From contig JAZROL010000014.1 of NCBI GenBank assembly GCA_045648665.1, positions 1 to 63,844 of the forward strand: DNA of 63,844 nt. Direction: 5' to 3'. Under the pieces are notes generated by a model. The model ran no database searches. It saw nothing but the letters and a program-made list of their open reading frames with translations, and was not told the DNA's origin. The number at the start of each line of letters is the position of its first letter. Positions within the stretch are counted from its first letter, which is position 1. Below, piece by piece: positions 50,375-58,904 of this stretch. The translations under genes were made by a program, and so were the position numbers. The stretch comes from Candidatus Enterousia sp. GTDB lineage: Bacteria > Pseudomonadota > Alphaproteobacteria > Rs-D84.

Positions 50375-50908
50375 TTATTGTGCTGGTGTCGTTCTTAATC
50401 TCCACCCGCTGAAGATGTAACCTGTTCTGGTTGGGTTTGTGGCGGGTAATGTTATTGGTTGATCGTATGTACATTGATTTGTTTCATACACTGTATCGCC
50501 AACACTATACCAATTGATGTTGATTGTATTTGGATCAAATACAGGGATAAGATTTGCAACATTATTATCGTTCGCATTTAAAAAATTTTTAGAACAAGTA
50601 TATTGTGTTGATGCGGTTATGGGTTTAGCTTCCAAACCTTGCGATTGTGTTTCGTTAAATTTAAATTGACCACCCGGGCAATTATACCCAGTTGGGCAAG
50701 AACGACACCCCAAAGTATTTGCAGGTAAAAACTGACCAGACGAACAAGTATAAACAGTTGGTTCGTATACTGGCAAAAGGTTGGCGATATCATTATTCGT
50801 TATAAAATTATCCAATTCACAACCGTCGACAAAAGTTTGATCTATGAATGTGGCATAGGCATTATTTGTTAAAAAGAACAATAAAAATATAAATATTTTT
50901 TTGTTCAT
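50375..50908 (-). CDS. Secreted family protein (177 aa): Cys-rich N-terminal part plus one Listeria/Bacteroides-type repeat ending in GWRLRTTPAQ
   Basis: Signal peptide MNKKIFIFLLFFLTNNAYA, then CSSGQFLPANTLGCRSCPTGYNCPGGQF. The C-terminal ITLPATNPTRTGYIFSGWRLRTTPAQ is nearly identical to the end of 55113..58469. Confidence 0.8.
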   Translation of the reverse strand: MNKKIFIFLLFFLTNNAYATFIDQTFVDGCELDNFITNNDIANLLPVYEPTVYTCSSGQFLPANTLGCRSCPTGYNCPGGQFKFNETQSQGLEAKPITASTQYTCSKNFLNANDNNVANLIPVFDPNTININWYSVGDTVYETNQCTYDQPITLPATNPTRTGYIFSGWRLRTTPAQ

Positions 50909-50929
50909 ATTTTTTACCTTTTTATGTTT

Positions 50930-51652
50930 TTATTCGTTATTAATTGCGGGGCCAGCCGTGAAATCGCCAGTGCCTGAGTTATAATAAAATTTATATTCTA
51001 TACTATCGTACAAACATGCGATTCCGTTGCTGTCGATAACCGGTATAAAATCATGAACCAAAACATCGTTTTCATAAATTTGGAAATAATAAACTCTCAT
51101 ATATGCAGGGCTACTACCATTTTTAGAAAATATATACATGTTTTCAGCGGGGTAAGAGGCTCCGTTAGCACTTCCGCTGTAATAAACACCGTTTGTGTAA
51201 ATAGATATTGTTGATTGTTTTGTTTCTATTTCTGTTATAGAATTAATATCAGTTGGGGCAACAAGCTGATTGTTGTTACCATGAAAGAAACGATATCTAT
51301 TAGAATAATTATCAAGCCCAAGACCGGAGCTTCCAAAAAAACTACCTGCTTTTGTGTTTATATATATCTTTGTTTTTATGTTCGCATTTGCTGTTGCTTT
51401 ATACCCCGTATCAATCCATTGGCCTCCTGTGCTTTCGATATATTCAAGTGGTGTGTATTTATCAACATAGCCTTTGAAAGTATAGCCGCTTTTTTGTGGA
51501 ATATTATTCGGTAAAACAACGTCGCCACCAACAGTGCAAGTTGTGGTTTGATTTATTGTCCCGTCCGTATTTAACCAATTTATTGTTATTGTTTCCGCAA
51601 ACGCAATTGTGCAAATACATATCACAGATAAAAAAATTAAAAAACGTTTCAT
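50930..51652 (-). CDS. Secreted family protein (240 aa), paralog of 58..852
   Basis: Trimmed to the ATG at 51652 (MKRFLIFLSVICICTIAFA). SGYTFKGYVDKYTPLEYIESTGGQWIDTG and FIPVIDSNGIACLYDSIEYKFYYNSGTGDFTAGP align with 58..852. Confidence 0.8.
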   Translation of the reverse strand: MKRFLIFLSVICICTIAFAETITINWLNTDGTINQTTTCTVGGDVVLPNNIPQKSGYTFKGYVDKYTPLEYIESTGGQWIDTGYKATANANIKTKIYINTKAGSFFGSSGLGLDNYSNRYRFFHGNNNQLVAPTDINSITEIETKQSTISIYTNGVYYSGSANGASYPAENMYIFSKNGSSPAYMRVYYFQIYENDVLVHDFIPVIDSNGIACLYDSIEYKFYYNSGTGDFTAGPAINNE

Positions 51653-51900
51653 CCCTTTCCCCTCTTTTTTGAACGACACTAAAATTACACCGCCAAGAAA
51701 TCAGGCGGTCGGGGGATTACCAAATCAATACGCTGTGATTCTGCGGCTTTCGGGTTAACCCTGTTGTATAACACACAGTCCCCCGATCTTTTTCAATCAG
51801 GGATTTTGGCGCAACTGCACCGTACGTATCAGGCTTGGTATAGCCCCGAACCCGTCTTCCTGGGGTTCGTTGCGATTTTAACAAAATTTTTATACTTAAG
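51653..51900 (-). promoter_or_regulatory. Promoter plus conserved structured 5' leader, copy A
   Basis: A -35/-10-like TTGCCT...TAAAAT lies near 51870..51895. Blocks CGGGTTCGGGGCT, AAAATCCCTGA, TCGGGGGACTGTGTGT, AGGGTTAACCC and TCCCCCGACCGCCTGATTT..GGCGGTG are shared with 54809..55112. Confidence 0.55.
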
Positions 51901-51907
51901 GCAAGAG

Positions 51908-51928
51908 AAAAACAAAAAATCCCCCAAA
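51908..51928 (-). terminator. Rho-independent terminator downstream of rpsD
   Basis: AATCCCCC-TTTTT-GGGGGATT followed by a T-run in minus sense. Confidence 0.8.
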
Positions 51929-51963
51929 AAGGGGGATTGAATAAACTTTCCCGTATTTTTTTA

Positions 51964-52596
51964 TTAACGAGAATAAAATTCAACGACCAATTCAGGTTGC
52001 ATTTGAACAGGATATGGAACATCTGCAAATGCAGGAACGCGTGTGAATGTTGCTGTGAAATTCGCGCTGTCCACTGTGATATAATCTGGGAAGTTACGAT
52101 CGCCAGCTTCCAATGCCAATACAACCAAAGGCATTTGTTTTGCTTTTTCGCTTACCGTGATAACATCACCAGGATTTACACGATAAGAAGCGATTTTTAC
52201 GCGTTTGCCATTAACATAAATATGACCATGGCTGACCAATTGACGTGCTGAAAACACTGTTGGTGCCAATTTAGAACGATAAACAACAGCATCCAAACGG
52301 CGTTCCAACAAACCAATCAAATTATCAGGTGTGTCGCCCTTCATATTGTCCGCTTCCGCATAATATTTGTGGAATTTCTTTTCGCCAATATTACCATAAT
52401 AACCCTTTAATGTTTGTTTTGCGCGCATCTGTTTTGCGTAATCAGATGAAGAAGCCCCACGGGAAGTTGGCCCATGTTGACCCGGTTTATATTTGCGTTT
52501 GTTAAATGGAGATTTAGCCTGGCCCCAAAGGTTAACACCCAATGAACGACCAATTTTTAATTTACGTGTGCTACGTTTTGCACCAGCTCTTGCCAT
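51964..52596 (-). CDS. rpsD: 30S ribosomal protein S4
   Basis: LKIGRSLGVNLWGQAKSP...KPGQHG and the S4 domain RLDAVVYRSKLAPTVFSARQLVSHGHIYVNGKRV. The start is trimmed to the ATG at 52596. Confidence 0.95.
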   Translation of the reverse strand: MARAGAKRSTRKLKIGRSLGVNLWGQAKSPFNKRKYKPGQHGPTSRGASSSDYAKQMRAKQTLKGYYGNIGEKKFHKYYAEADNMKGDTPDNLIGLLERRLDAVVYRSKLAPTVFSARQLVSHGHIYVNGKRVKIASYRVNPGDVITVSEKAKQMPLVVLALEAGDRNFPDYITVDSANFTATFTRVPAFADVPYPVQMQPELVVEFYSR

Positions 52597-53015
52597 AATA
52601 TTTTTCCTTTTAGTTTTTGGTTTTTCTTGTGCCGAACATTTCACAGAATCCTTATTTCAAATGGGACCAAAAGACACCATTGATTATTCAGTTCTGGTTA
52701 TCCAGCGCGCGTATTTTAAACTGTTTTTTTAAAAAAAGCAAGCGTTTTAACCGATTATCTTGTGTTTAAACGCTACTAAGCGAATATTCAACATGCTTTT
52801 TTTATAATGTCTTGATTTTTTGCTAAAAAAATAATACTATTTACGATGTGAAAAGGGATTCAGGATATTTTGGCTGAATCTTGTCCCAAAATGTTCGATT
52901 GGGACTGCAAATCAGGTCGCACACCCCAATGATTCACTACGAATAAAGATATTTTTCTTTATTAGCAATGAATTTGCCGGGTGTGCAAAGGTTAAATATT
53001 AAAAAAGGATTTTTA

Positions 53016-54773
53016 ATGGTAAAAGTTAAAGAACATAAAAATATTGCCGATAAACCGGCGCACGAAAGCGATAAAAACGACGATAAAATATACTTTATGG
53101 CATTGGGCGGTTTGGAACACGTTGGCCAAAATATGTATATTTATAAATATCGTGGCAAATATTTGATTGTCGATTGTGGAATGGGATTTTTAGAAGAAGA
53201 AATCGGGGCAGGCGACGTTCAATATTGCGATACAACGTGGCTGGAAAAGCACAAAAAAGATGTGATTGCCTTTGTTATAACACATGGACACGAAGACCAT
53301 ATTGGTGCGCTTAAATTCATTTGGCCAAAGTTCAAAAAGCCTATATATTGTACGCGTTTTCCGGCGGAAATTTTACGTCGTACTTTTGCAGGGCTTGAAA
53401 TGGATTTCAATCCAGATAAAGATATTATCGAATTTGATCATCATGGCGCAATATTAAATTTGGATCCATTCGAAGTCGAAACTTTCCATGTTTCTCACTC
53501 TATACCCGAAGCGCAAATGTTGATAATCAAAACCCCTGCGGGTAAAATTTTACATACGGGCGATTGGACTTTTAATGATGGAAACCCAATAGAAGAACCA
53601 ACAAATTATGCGCGTTTGGCGGAAATAGGATCCGATCCGAAACTGTTGGCGTGCGTCTGTGATTCTACATCTGCGGAAAGACAAACCCCACAAACAACGG
53701 AAGAACAAGTTCGTGAAACTTTGACCGAGATTATGAAAAAAGCTCCAGGACGTGTCTTGGTGACCGGATATTCAAGAAGTCTGGCGCGTATAAAGATGTT
53801 TGCAGAGGCTGCGCGTGCCGCTGGTCGTGTTGCGTGCATCAAAGAACGCAGCAATCCAAATCCGGTGCCTTACGTTGGATTGCCAGAATTTCGCGAAATT
53901 GGTATAGAAGATGGCTATCTTGGCAAAGACGATGTTTATACTTTTGATGAAATCAAGGATTTGCCGGCTGAAAAACAAGCGATATATTTGACAGGTTCCC
54001 AGGGTGAAAAATTCGCAATGTTAACACGCCTTTGCAATGGGCATGTGAAAGAATTGAAATTGATGCCTACGGACACAGTTGTTTTCAGTGCGATTATTAT
54101 TCCGGGGCGCGAACAAGATGTTTCTGCGCTTTACAATAAATTGGCGCGCATGGGAATAAAGACGTACACTATATTTGATACGGATAATTTGCATGCGTCT
54201 GGACATGCGGGACGTCCTGAATTCGAAAGATTTTATGATATGGTTCATCCTCAGGTTTCAATCCCAATGCATGGGGAATATATATCCGAAATGTTAAACG
54301 GTAAAATGGCCATGGAACGTGGTGGTGCTAAACACATGATGGTTGTCCACAATGGCGATGTAATCGCTTTGAAAGACGGTACAGAACCATACGTATGTGA
54401 ATCTATCCCAACCGGCTTTATAGTTATGGAGGGTGAAACAGAACGCAGCACTGATGATCCTGTATATAAAACCCGTAAAAAGATAGCGTCAAATGGTGCG
54501 ATATTCGTTACTTTGCCGATTGATAAACGTGGTTTCTTAAAAGGAATTCCAGAGGTCTCCAGCGTTGGCATTTTTGAAACAGATGATACTGGATTTATGA
54601 AACGCCAAATTCAAATGGAAATCACTAAAGCGATTGACGATTTGACCAAAACAGAACGCAAAAATCACGATAATTTATACAGGGCGGTTCAAACTGCATC
54701 TAATAAAGTCGTTCGTGCGGCATTGGGGGCGGATAAAAAACCGCAATACAGTGTCCATTTTGTGTTGAAATAA
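53016..54773 (+). CDS. rnj: Ribonuclease J
   Basis: Metallo-beta-lactamase motif ITHGHEDHIGAL, a beta-CASP region and the HASGHA motif. The start is trimmed to the ATG at 53016. Confidence 0.9.
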   Translation: MVKVKEHKNIADKPAHESDKNDDKIYFMALGGLEHVGQNMYIYKYRGKYLIVDCGMGFLEEEIGAGDVQYCDTTWLEKHKKDVIAFVITHGHEDHIGALKFIWPKFKKPIYCTRFPAEILRRTFAGLEMDFNPDKDIIEFDHHGAILNLDPFEVETFHVSHSIPEAQMLIIKTPAGKILHTGDWTFNDGNPIEEPTNYARLAEIGSDPKLLACVCDSTSAERQTPQTTEEQVRETLTEIMKKAPGRVLVTGYSRSLARIKMFAEAARAAGRVACIKERSNPNPVPYVGLPEFREIGIEDGYLGKDDVYTFDEIKDLPAEKQAIYLTGSQGEKFAMLTRLCNGHVKELKLMPTDTVVFSAIIIPGREQDVSALYNKLARMGIKTYTIFDTDNLHASGHAGRPEFERFYDMVHPQVSIPMHGEYISEMLNGKMAMERGGAKHMMVVHNGDVIALKDGTEPYVCESIPTGFIVMEGETERSTDDPVYKTRKKIASNGAIFVTLPIDKRGFLKGIPEVSSVGIFETDDTGFMKRQIQMEITKAIDDLTKTERKNHDNLYRAVQTASNKVVRAALGADKKPQYSVHFVLK

Positions 54774-54780
54774 TTGATAA

Positions 54781-54808
54781 AGCCCCGTTTTGGGGCTTCT
54801 TTTTTTTC
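54781..54808 (+). terminator. Rho-independent terminator after rnj
   Basis: AGCCCC-GTTTT-GGGGCT followed by T10. Confidence 0.85.
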
Positions 54809-55112
54809 TCTTGCTCTGTAAATAATTTTTTTGCTAGGATAAACTTGAGCCTGAATAAAATCGGGTTCGGGGCTTTAGAAGGCCCAGTCAATTCGGTGCG
54901 AAAAGCATCGTCAAAATCCCTGACTGTTTAGAAGTGTCGGGGGGCTGTGTGTCATAGAATAGGGTTAACCCAAAAACCACGGAATCATTAATTGACTGAT
55001 TTTCTAACTCCCCGACCGCCTGATTTTTCTCGGCGGTGATTAGTTGTTGCGGGCCCAGGTGTGCGAAGTACAGCCGGGACAGGTTGAAAAAAAAGAGGGA
55101 AAGGAAACAACA
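54809..55112 (+). promoter_or_regulatory. Promoter plus conserved structured 5' leader, copy B
   Basis: TTGCTC (54811..16), 18 nt, then TAGGAT (54835..40). The same conserved blocks as copy A are present. The terminator-like hairpin ACCGCC/GGCGGT lies at 55015..55037. The RBS GAGGGAAAGGA precedes the GTG at 55113. Confidence 0.55.
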
Positions 55113-58100
55113 GTGAAACGTATTTTGCAAAAAATCTTATTTGCATTTGCAATCGTCACGACTGCGTTGTTTTCCACCGATTCGTTCGCCGAATGTCCGA
55201 CATATTCTTCTGTTGCTAACAGTAATGGTGTATACACATATAATGGTGTCACTGTGATTGAAAAAGGTGGCGCGTCTTACGATGGAAACTGTATAAATGG
55301 TATAGCAATTGTCGCAAATGGTGATATTTCTGATTTAACAAATGGTAATGTTTCGGTGCTGTATTGTTTATATAATCCGCAAACTGGTAATTATGATTAC
55401 GCATGTACTGCACGTGCGGAAGTATGCGATGCGAACGAATTAGCCACTATATCGAGTGGCACGACATTATCGTTAGTTCAAACATTTGCGACAATGATGG
55501 GATGGACAGCATCTGATTTAGCAAGCCCAGAAAATTTATTTGTTTATACGCCGGCCACCACACCATTGTATCAACGTTGCAGTGCGTCATCTGTATGTCC
55601 GGCTCATTCATCTACTTTGCCTTCTGGGCCAATGGCTGAATTGGTTGGAACTGGATACGATTTTAATAATGATGGCGAAATAACATCAAATGAATGTTTT
55701 ACCGCACGTGTATATGGCCAGATGGGTATGATTGTTGCAGAGTATGGGGCGAATAACCTGATTTCAGAATTCCCAGAATTTTCGGATTTAATATCATTAG
55801 TATCATCACAAAATACATTTGATAGTGCAAATTCGATAAACCAGATTGATACGCCAGTTGGTGCGGCAATATGTTTTTATAATTCCGCAACCGGCAATTA
55901 TGATGGTGCATGTTCCCCGGCCATAATGGGATGTAATGATAATTTCCTTGGTATGTTTTCAAACAGTTATCTGGGGCCAATGACTTTGTTGACTGCATTG
56001 GCACAGGAAAACGAAGTGAGTATATCTGCATTGGGGCCAACAAACCAAACTGTTTATCCATATACAGGTTCCACGATTCAGGCCGTTGATACATGCGATC
56101 GAACCTGTCCAGTTGGATATTATTGGACGGATTGGATGGATGGATGTTGGCAGATACAATCACAATACGACTGTGAAAATGCTGGATATTATTGGTATAA
56201 CGACACCTGTATTGGCCGGGAAGAGTATGAACAAACCTCACAAACCGAATGTGAATCTGCTGGCAATCATTGGGATAATGGAAATTTGACATGCATCCCG
56301 GCTGCACAATATGCCTGTGAATCCGATGGTGATCATTGGGATAACGAAGGTTCGACGTGTATCCGGGCTGCACAATATGCCTGTGAATCTGCTGGCGATG
56401 TTTGGTATAACGAAGAATGTATGTCCCAGGAACAATATGCCTGTGAATCTGCTGGTGATGTTTGGTATAACAACACATGTATGGGTACGGAACAATATGC
56501 CTGTGAATCCGCCGGTGATCATTGGGATAACGAAGGTTCGACGTGTATCCCCGCTGCACAATATGCCTGTGAATCTGCTGGTGATGTTTGGTATAACAAC
56601 ACATGTATGTCCCAGGAACAATATACCTGTGAATCTGCTGGCGATTATTGGGATAACGAAGGTTCGACGTGTATCCCGGCTGCACAATACAATTGCGAAG
56701 TCGCTGGTGGTGAGTGGGATGGTGTAGATTGTACACTTTATCACCCACAACAAGAATGCGAAGACGCTGGTAATATTTGGTATAACGAAGAATGTATGTC
56801 CCAGGAACAATATACCTGTGAATCTGCTGGCGATTATTGGGATAACGAAGGTTCGACGTGTATCCCGGCTGCACAATACAATTGCGAAGTCGCTGGTGGT
56901 GAGTGGGATGGTGTAGATTGTACATTTGATGATCCAGATGACCCACAAGAAGAATGTGAATCTGCTGGTGATGTTTGGTATAACGAAGAATGTATGACCC
57001 AGGAACAATATGCTTGTGAATCGGACGGTAATATCTGGTACACCGATTCAAGTACCAGTACCACAACGTGTGTTGATTCAAAATTTACATTAACAACAAC
57101 ATCAACAAACTCATTTCAATTTAAAATATCCGCCGCCGGAACATTTTATGTGGATTGTGGTAATGGCGGAACGTTGACATCTAGTTATTCAGGGCAAATC
57201 GGTGTTGATGGCAAAACAATTACACATGGTGCCCGTGTGGCAGAAGATGTTTATACGTGTTCATACGGAACATCGTCAACACATACAATCTTGTTTGCTG
57301 GAACTGCGACAGGATACAGCGCTTCGGGTTACAGTGCCGCGATACGGTTCAGTATAAGCGATTCTTTACCAGATACAAATGCACAAAAGATTTCGTCTAT
57401 TTCTGGGTCGTTGGGTGCAATATTTAGAACGGTTGCAAATCCACCAAGTGGTATGAATGGCCAACCAAGTTTTTATTATTTATTCCGCGGAGCATCAAAT
57501 ATGACAGGTTCAATACCAGCAAACCTTTTTGCTGGAGTATCAGGAGCGCCAACAAATAGAATGTTTATGTGTTCGTTTGAAGGTTGTAGTGGATTAACCG
57601 GTTCTATCCCTACAAACTTGTTCAGTGGTATATCCGGTGCCCCGGCACAAGAAATGTTTAGAGGTACTTTTTATAATTGCAGTGGATTAACTGGTTCAAT
57701 ACCAGCAACCTTGTTTAGCGGTATATCTGGAGCACCTGCATTAAGGGCGTTTGGTAGCACCTTCCTTGGATGTAGTGGATTAACCGGTTCAATACCGGCA
57801 ACATTGTTCAGCGGTGTGTCTGGTGCTCCAGCGGACATGTTATTTTCTGGTGCGTTCTCCGGGTGCAGCGGATTAACAGGTTCAATACCGGCAACATTGT
57901 TCAGCGGTATATCAGGTGCCCCGGCATATGCTATGTTTGATCATACATTTTATGATTGCAGTGGATTAACTGGTTCGATACCGGCAACATTGTTCAGCGG
58001 TATATCTGGTTCGCCAGCTGAAAATATGTTTTATGGTACATTCGATGGTTGCAGTAATTTAAGTGGTTATGTTCCACCAACTTTATTTGCGGGTATTTCT

Positions 58101-58469
58101 ACATCGTCAACCGCCACTAATCAAATGTCTTATGTATTTAATAATACAGAATTGGCAACATCTTGCCCTGCGGATACCTATCAGTACACAACCGGATTCG
58201 AATCGTATTTTAGTGGAAAGGTATCTTGTACACCATGTCCAATCGGTACAACTTCATCGGCTGGTTCAACCAGTGTTGAACAATGCAATGGTAAAGTAGT
58301 AATAAATTTATATTGGTATTTGGATGAGAATGCAACAACGCCGTTAACTGTACAACCTGCTGCACAACAGTGTACTTATGGTGAAAAAATAACTTTGCCA
58401 GACACCAACCCAACAAAACCAGGTTATATCTTTACCGGCTGGCAGTTGCGTACAACCCCAGTGCAATAA
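55113..58469 (+). CDS. Large secreted family protein (1118 aa): N-terminal region, 14 tandem Cys-pair repeats, a BspA-like LRR module, and a terminal Listeria/Bacteroides-type repeat ending in GWQLRTTPVQ
   Basis: The start is set at the GTG at 55113 (KRILQKILFAFAIVTTALFSTDSFA, a signal peptide). Repeats of (Q)Y.CE.AG..W......C are present. The module KFTLTTTSTNSFQFKISAAGTFYVDCGNGG...GCSGLTGSIPATLFSGISGAP is homologous to the giant-gene modules. Confidence 0.88.
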   Translation: MKRILQKILFAFAIVTTALFSTDSFAECPTYSSVANSNGVYTYNGVTVIEKGGASYDGNCINGIAIVANGDISDLTNGNVSVLYCLYNPQTGNYDYACTARAEVCDANELATISSGTTLSLVQTFATMMGWTASDLASPENLFVYTPATTPLYQRCSASSVCPAHSSTLPSGPMAELVGTGYDFNNDGEITSNECFTARVYGQMGMIVAEYGANNLISEFPEFSDLISLVSSQNTFDSANSINQIDTPVGAAICFYNSATGNYDGACSPAIMGCNDNFLGMFSNSYLGPMTLLTALAQENEVSISALGPTNQTVYPYTGSTIQAVDTCDRTCPVGYYWTDWMDGCWQIQSQYDCENAGYYWYNDTCIGREEYEQTSQTECESAGNHWDNGNLTCIPAAQYACESDGDHWDNEGSTCIRAAQYACESAGDVWYNEECMSQEQYACESAGDVWYNNTCMGTEQYACESAGDHWDNEGSTCIPAAQYACESAGDVWYNNTCMSQEQYTCESAGDYWDNEGSTCIPAAQYNCEVAGGEWDGVDCTLYHPQQECEDAGNIWYNEECMSQEQYTCESAGDYWDNEGSTCIPAAQYNCEVAGGEWDGVDCTFDDPDDPQEECESAGDVWYNEECMTQEQYACESDGNIWYTDSSTSTTTCVDSKFTLTTTSTNSFQFKISAAGTFYVDCGNGGTLTSSYSGQIGVDGKTITHGARVAEDVYTCSYGTSSTHTILFAGTATGYSASGYSAAIRFSISDSLPDTNAQKISSISGSLGAIFRTVANPPSGMNGQPSFYYLFRGASNMTGSIPANLFAGVSGAPTNRMFMCSFEGCSGLTGSIPTNLFSGISGAPAQEMFRGTFYNCSGLTGSIPATLFSGISGAPALRAFGSTFLGCSGLTGSIPATLFSGVSGAPADMLFSGAFSGCSGLTGSIPATLFSGISGAPAYAMFDHTFYDCSGLTGSIPATLFSGISGSPAENMFYGTFDGCSNLSGYVPPTLFAGISTSSTATNQMSYVFNNTELATSCPADTYQYTTGFESYFSGKVSCTPCPIGTTSSAGSTSVEQCNGKVVINLYWYLDENATTPLTVQPAAQQCTYGEKITLPDTNPTKPGYIFTGWQLRTTPVQ
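56160..57072 (+). repeat. In-frame tandem array of ~14 units (about 54-78 bp each) encoding Cys-pair repeats. It contains a perfect 133-bp duplication (56603..56735 = 56792..56924)
   Basis: Direct reading of the DNA and the translated sequence. Confidence 0.9.
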
Positions 58470-58652
58470 TAGGTTCTCCCTCATCATAGGGGAGAAACTG
58501 ATTCTCTGGAAACGCTGCGGTGAAAAGTCCGTCTTCGCTGTTCTTAATATCGAAGATAAAGTATAAATCTATGATAAATATATTTTGTTAAATACAAGTG
58601 CTACGCCGAGACACTCGATTTTCAGCCCTTGCTACGCTGCGGTGAAAATTAG

Positions 58653-58672
58653 TGGCACACCCAGCAGGAGTC
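58653..58672 (-). repeat. Orphan fragment of the tRNA-Arg 3' end
   Basis: TGGCACACCCAGCAGGAGTC versus TGGCGCACCCAGCAGGAGTC at 58808..58827 (19/20). ACCTGC follows after a 13-nt insertion. Confidence 0.7.
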
Positions 58673-58767
58673 CCTCGGTATAAATACCTGCGGGGCAATC
58701 GTGACGATTTTGGTGCATTATCATTTCTAAAATCTACTGCTTGTCGTGGTTCGCCTCCTGGGGAGCC

Positions 58768-58798
58768 AAAATAAATTAAAAATCGGCAAAAACCGATT
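58768..58798 (-). terminator. Rho-independent terminator downstream of tRNA-Arg
   Basis: AATCGG-TTTTTG-CCGATT followed by TTTTAATTTATTT in minus sense. Confidence 0.65.
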
Positions 58799-58807
58799 AT
58801 TAATTTA

Positions 58808-58884
58808 TGGCGCACCCAGCAGGAGTCGAACCTGCAATCTTTGCCTTCGGAGGGCAACGCATTATCCAGTTGTGCTATGGGTGC
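58808..58884 (-). tRNA. tRNA-Arg (anticodon CCG), CCA encoded
   Basis: Manual cloverleaf. The acceptor is GCACCCA/TGGGTGC, the anticodon arm is TTGCC-CTCCGAA-GGCAA, and the T arm is GCAGG-TTCGACT-CCTGC; 77 nt. Confidence 0.9.
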
Positions 58885-58904
58885 TTGATTGTTCGCATTA
58901 TAAA

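Noticed and set aside
51717-52251. 135-aa and 104-aa ORFs overlapping leader A, the rpsD terminator and the rpsD 3' end
   Set aside because: They cross a terminator hairpin and a conserved non-coding leader, overlap rpsD out of frame, and have no RBS. They are spurious.
55699-57081. Long antisense and alternate-frame ORFs (460 aa, 256 aa, 138 aa and others) inside the tandem-repeat region of 55113..58469
   Set aside because: They are periodic, low-complexity translations (H/Y/R/T-rich) of the repeat array. They have no start signals and are fully embedded in a much better supported sense ORF, so they are repeat-induced artefacts.
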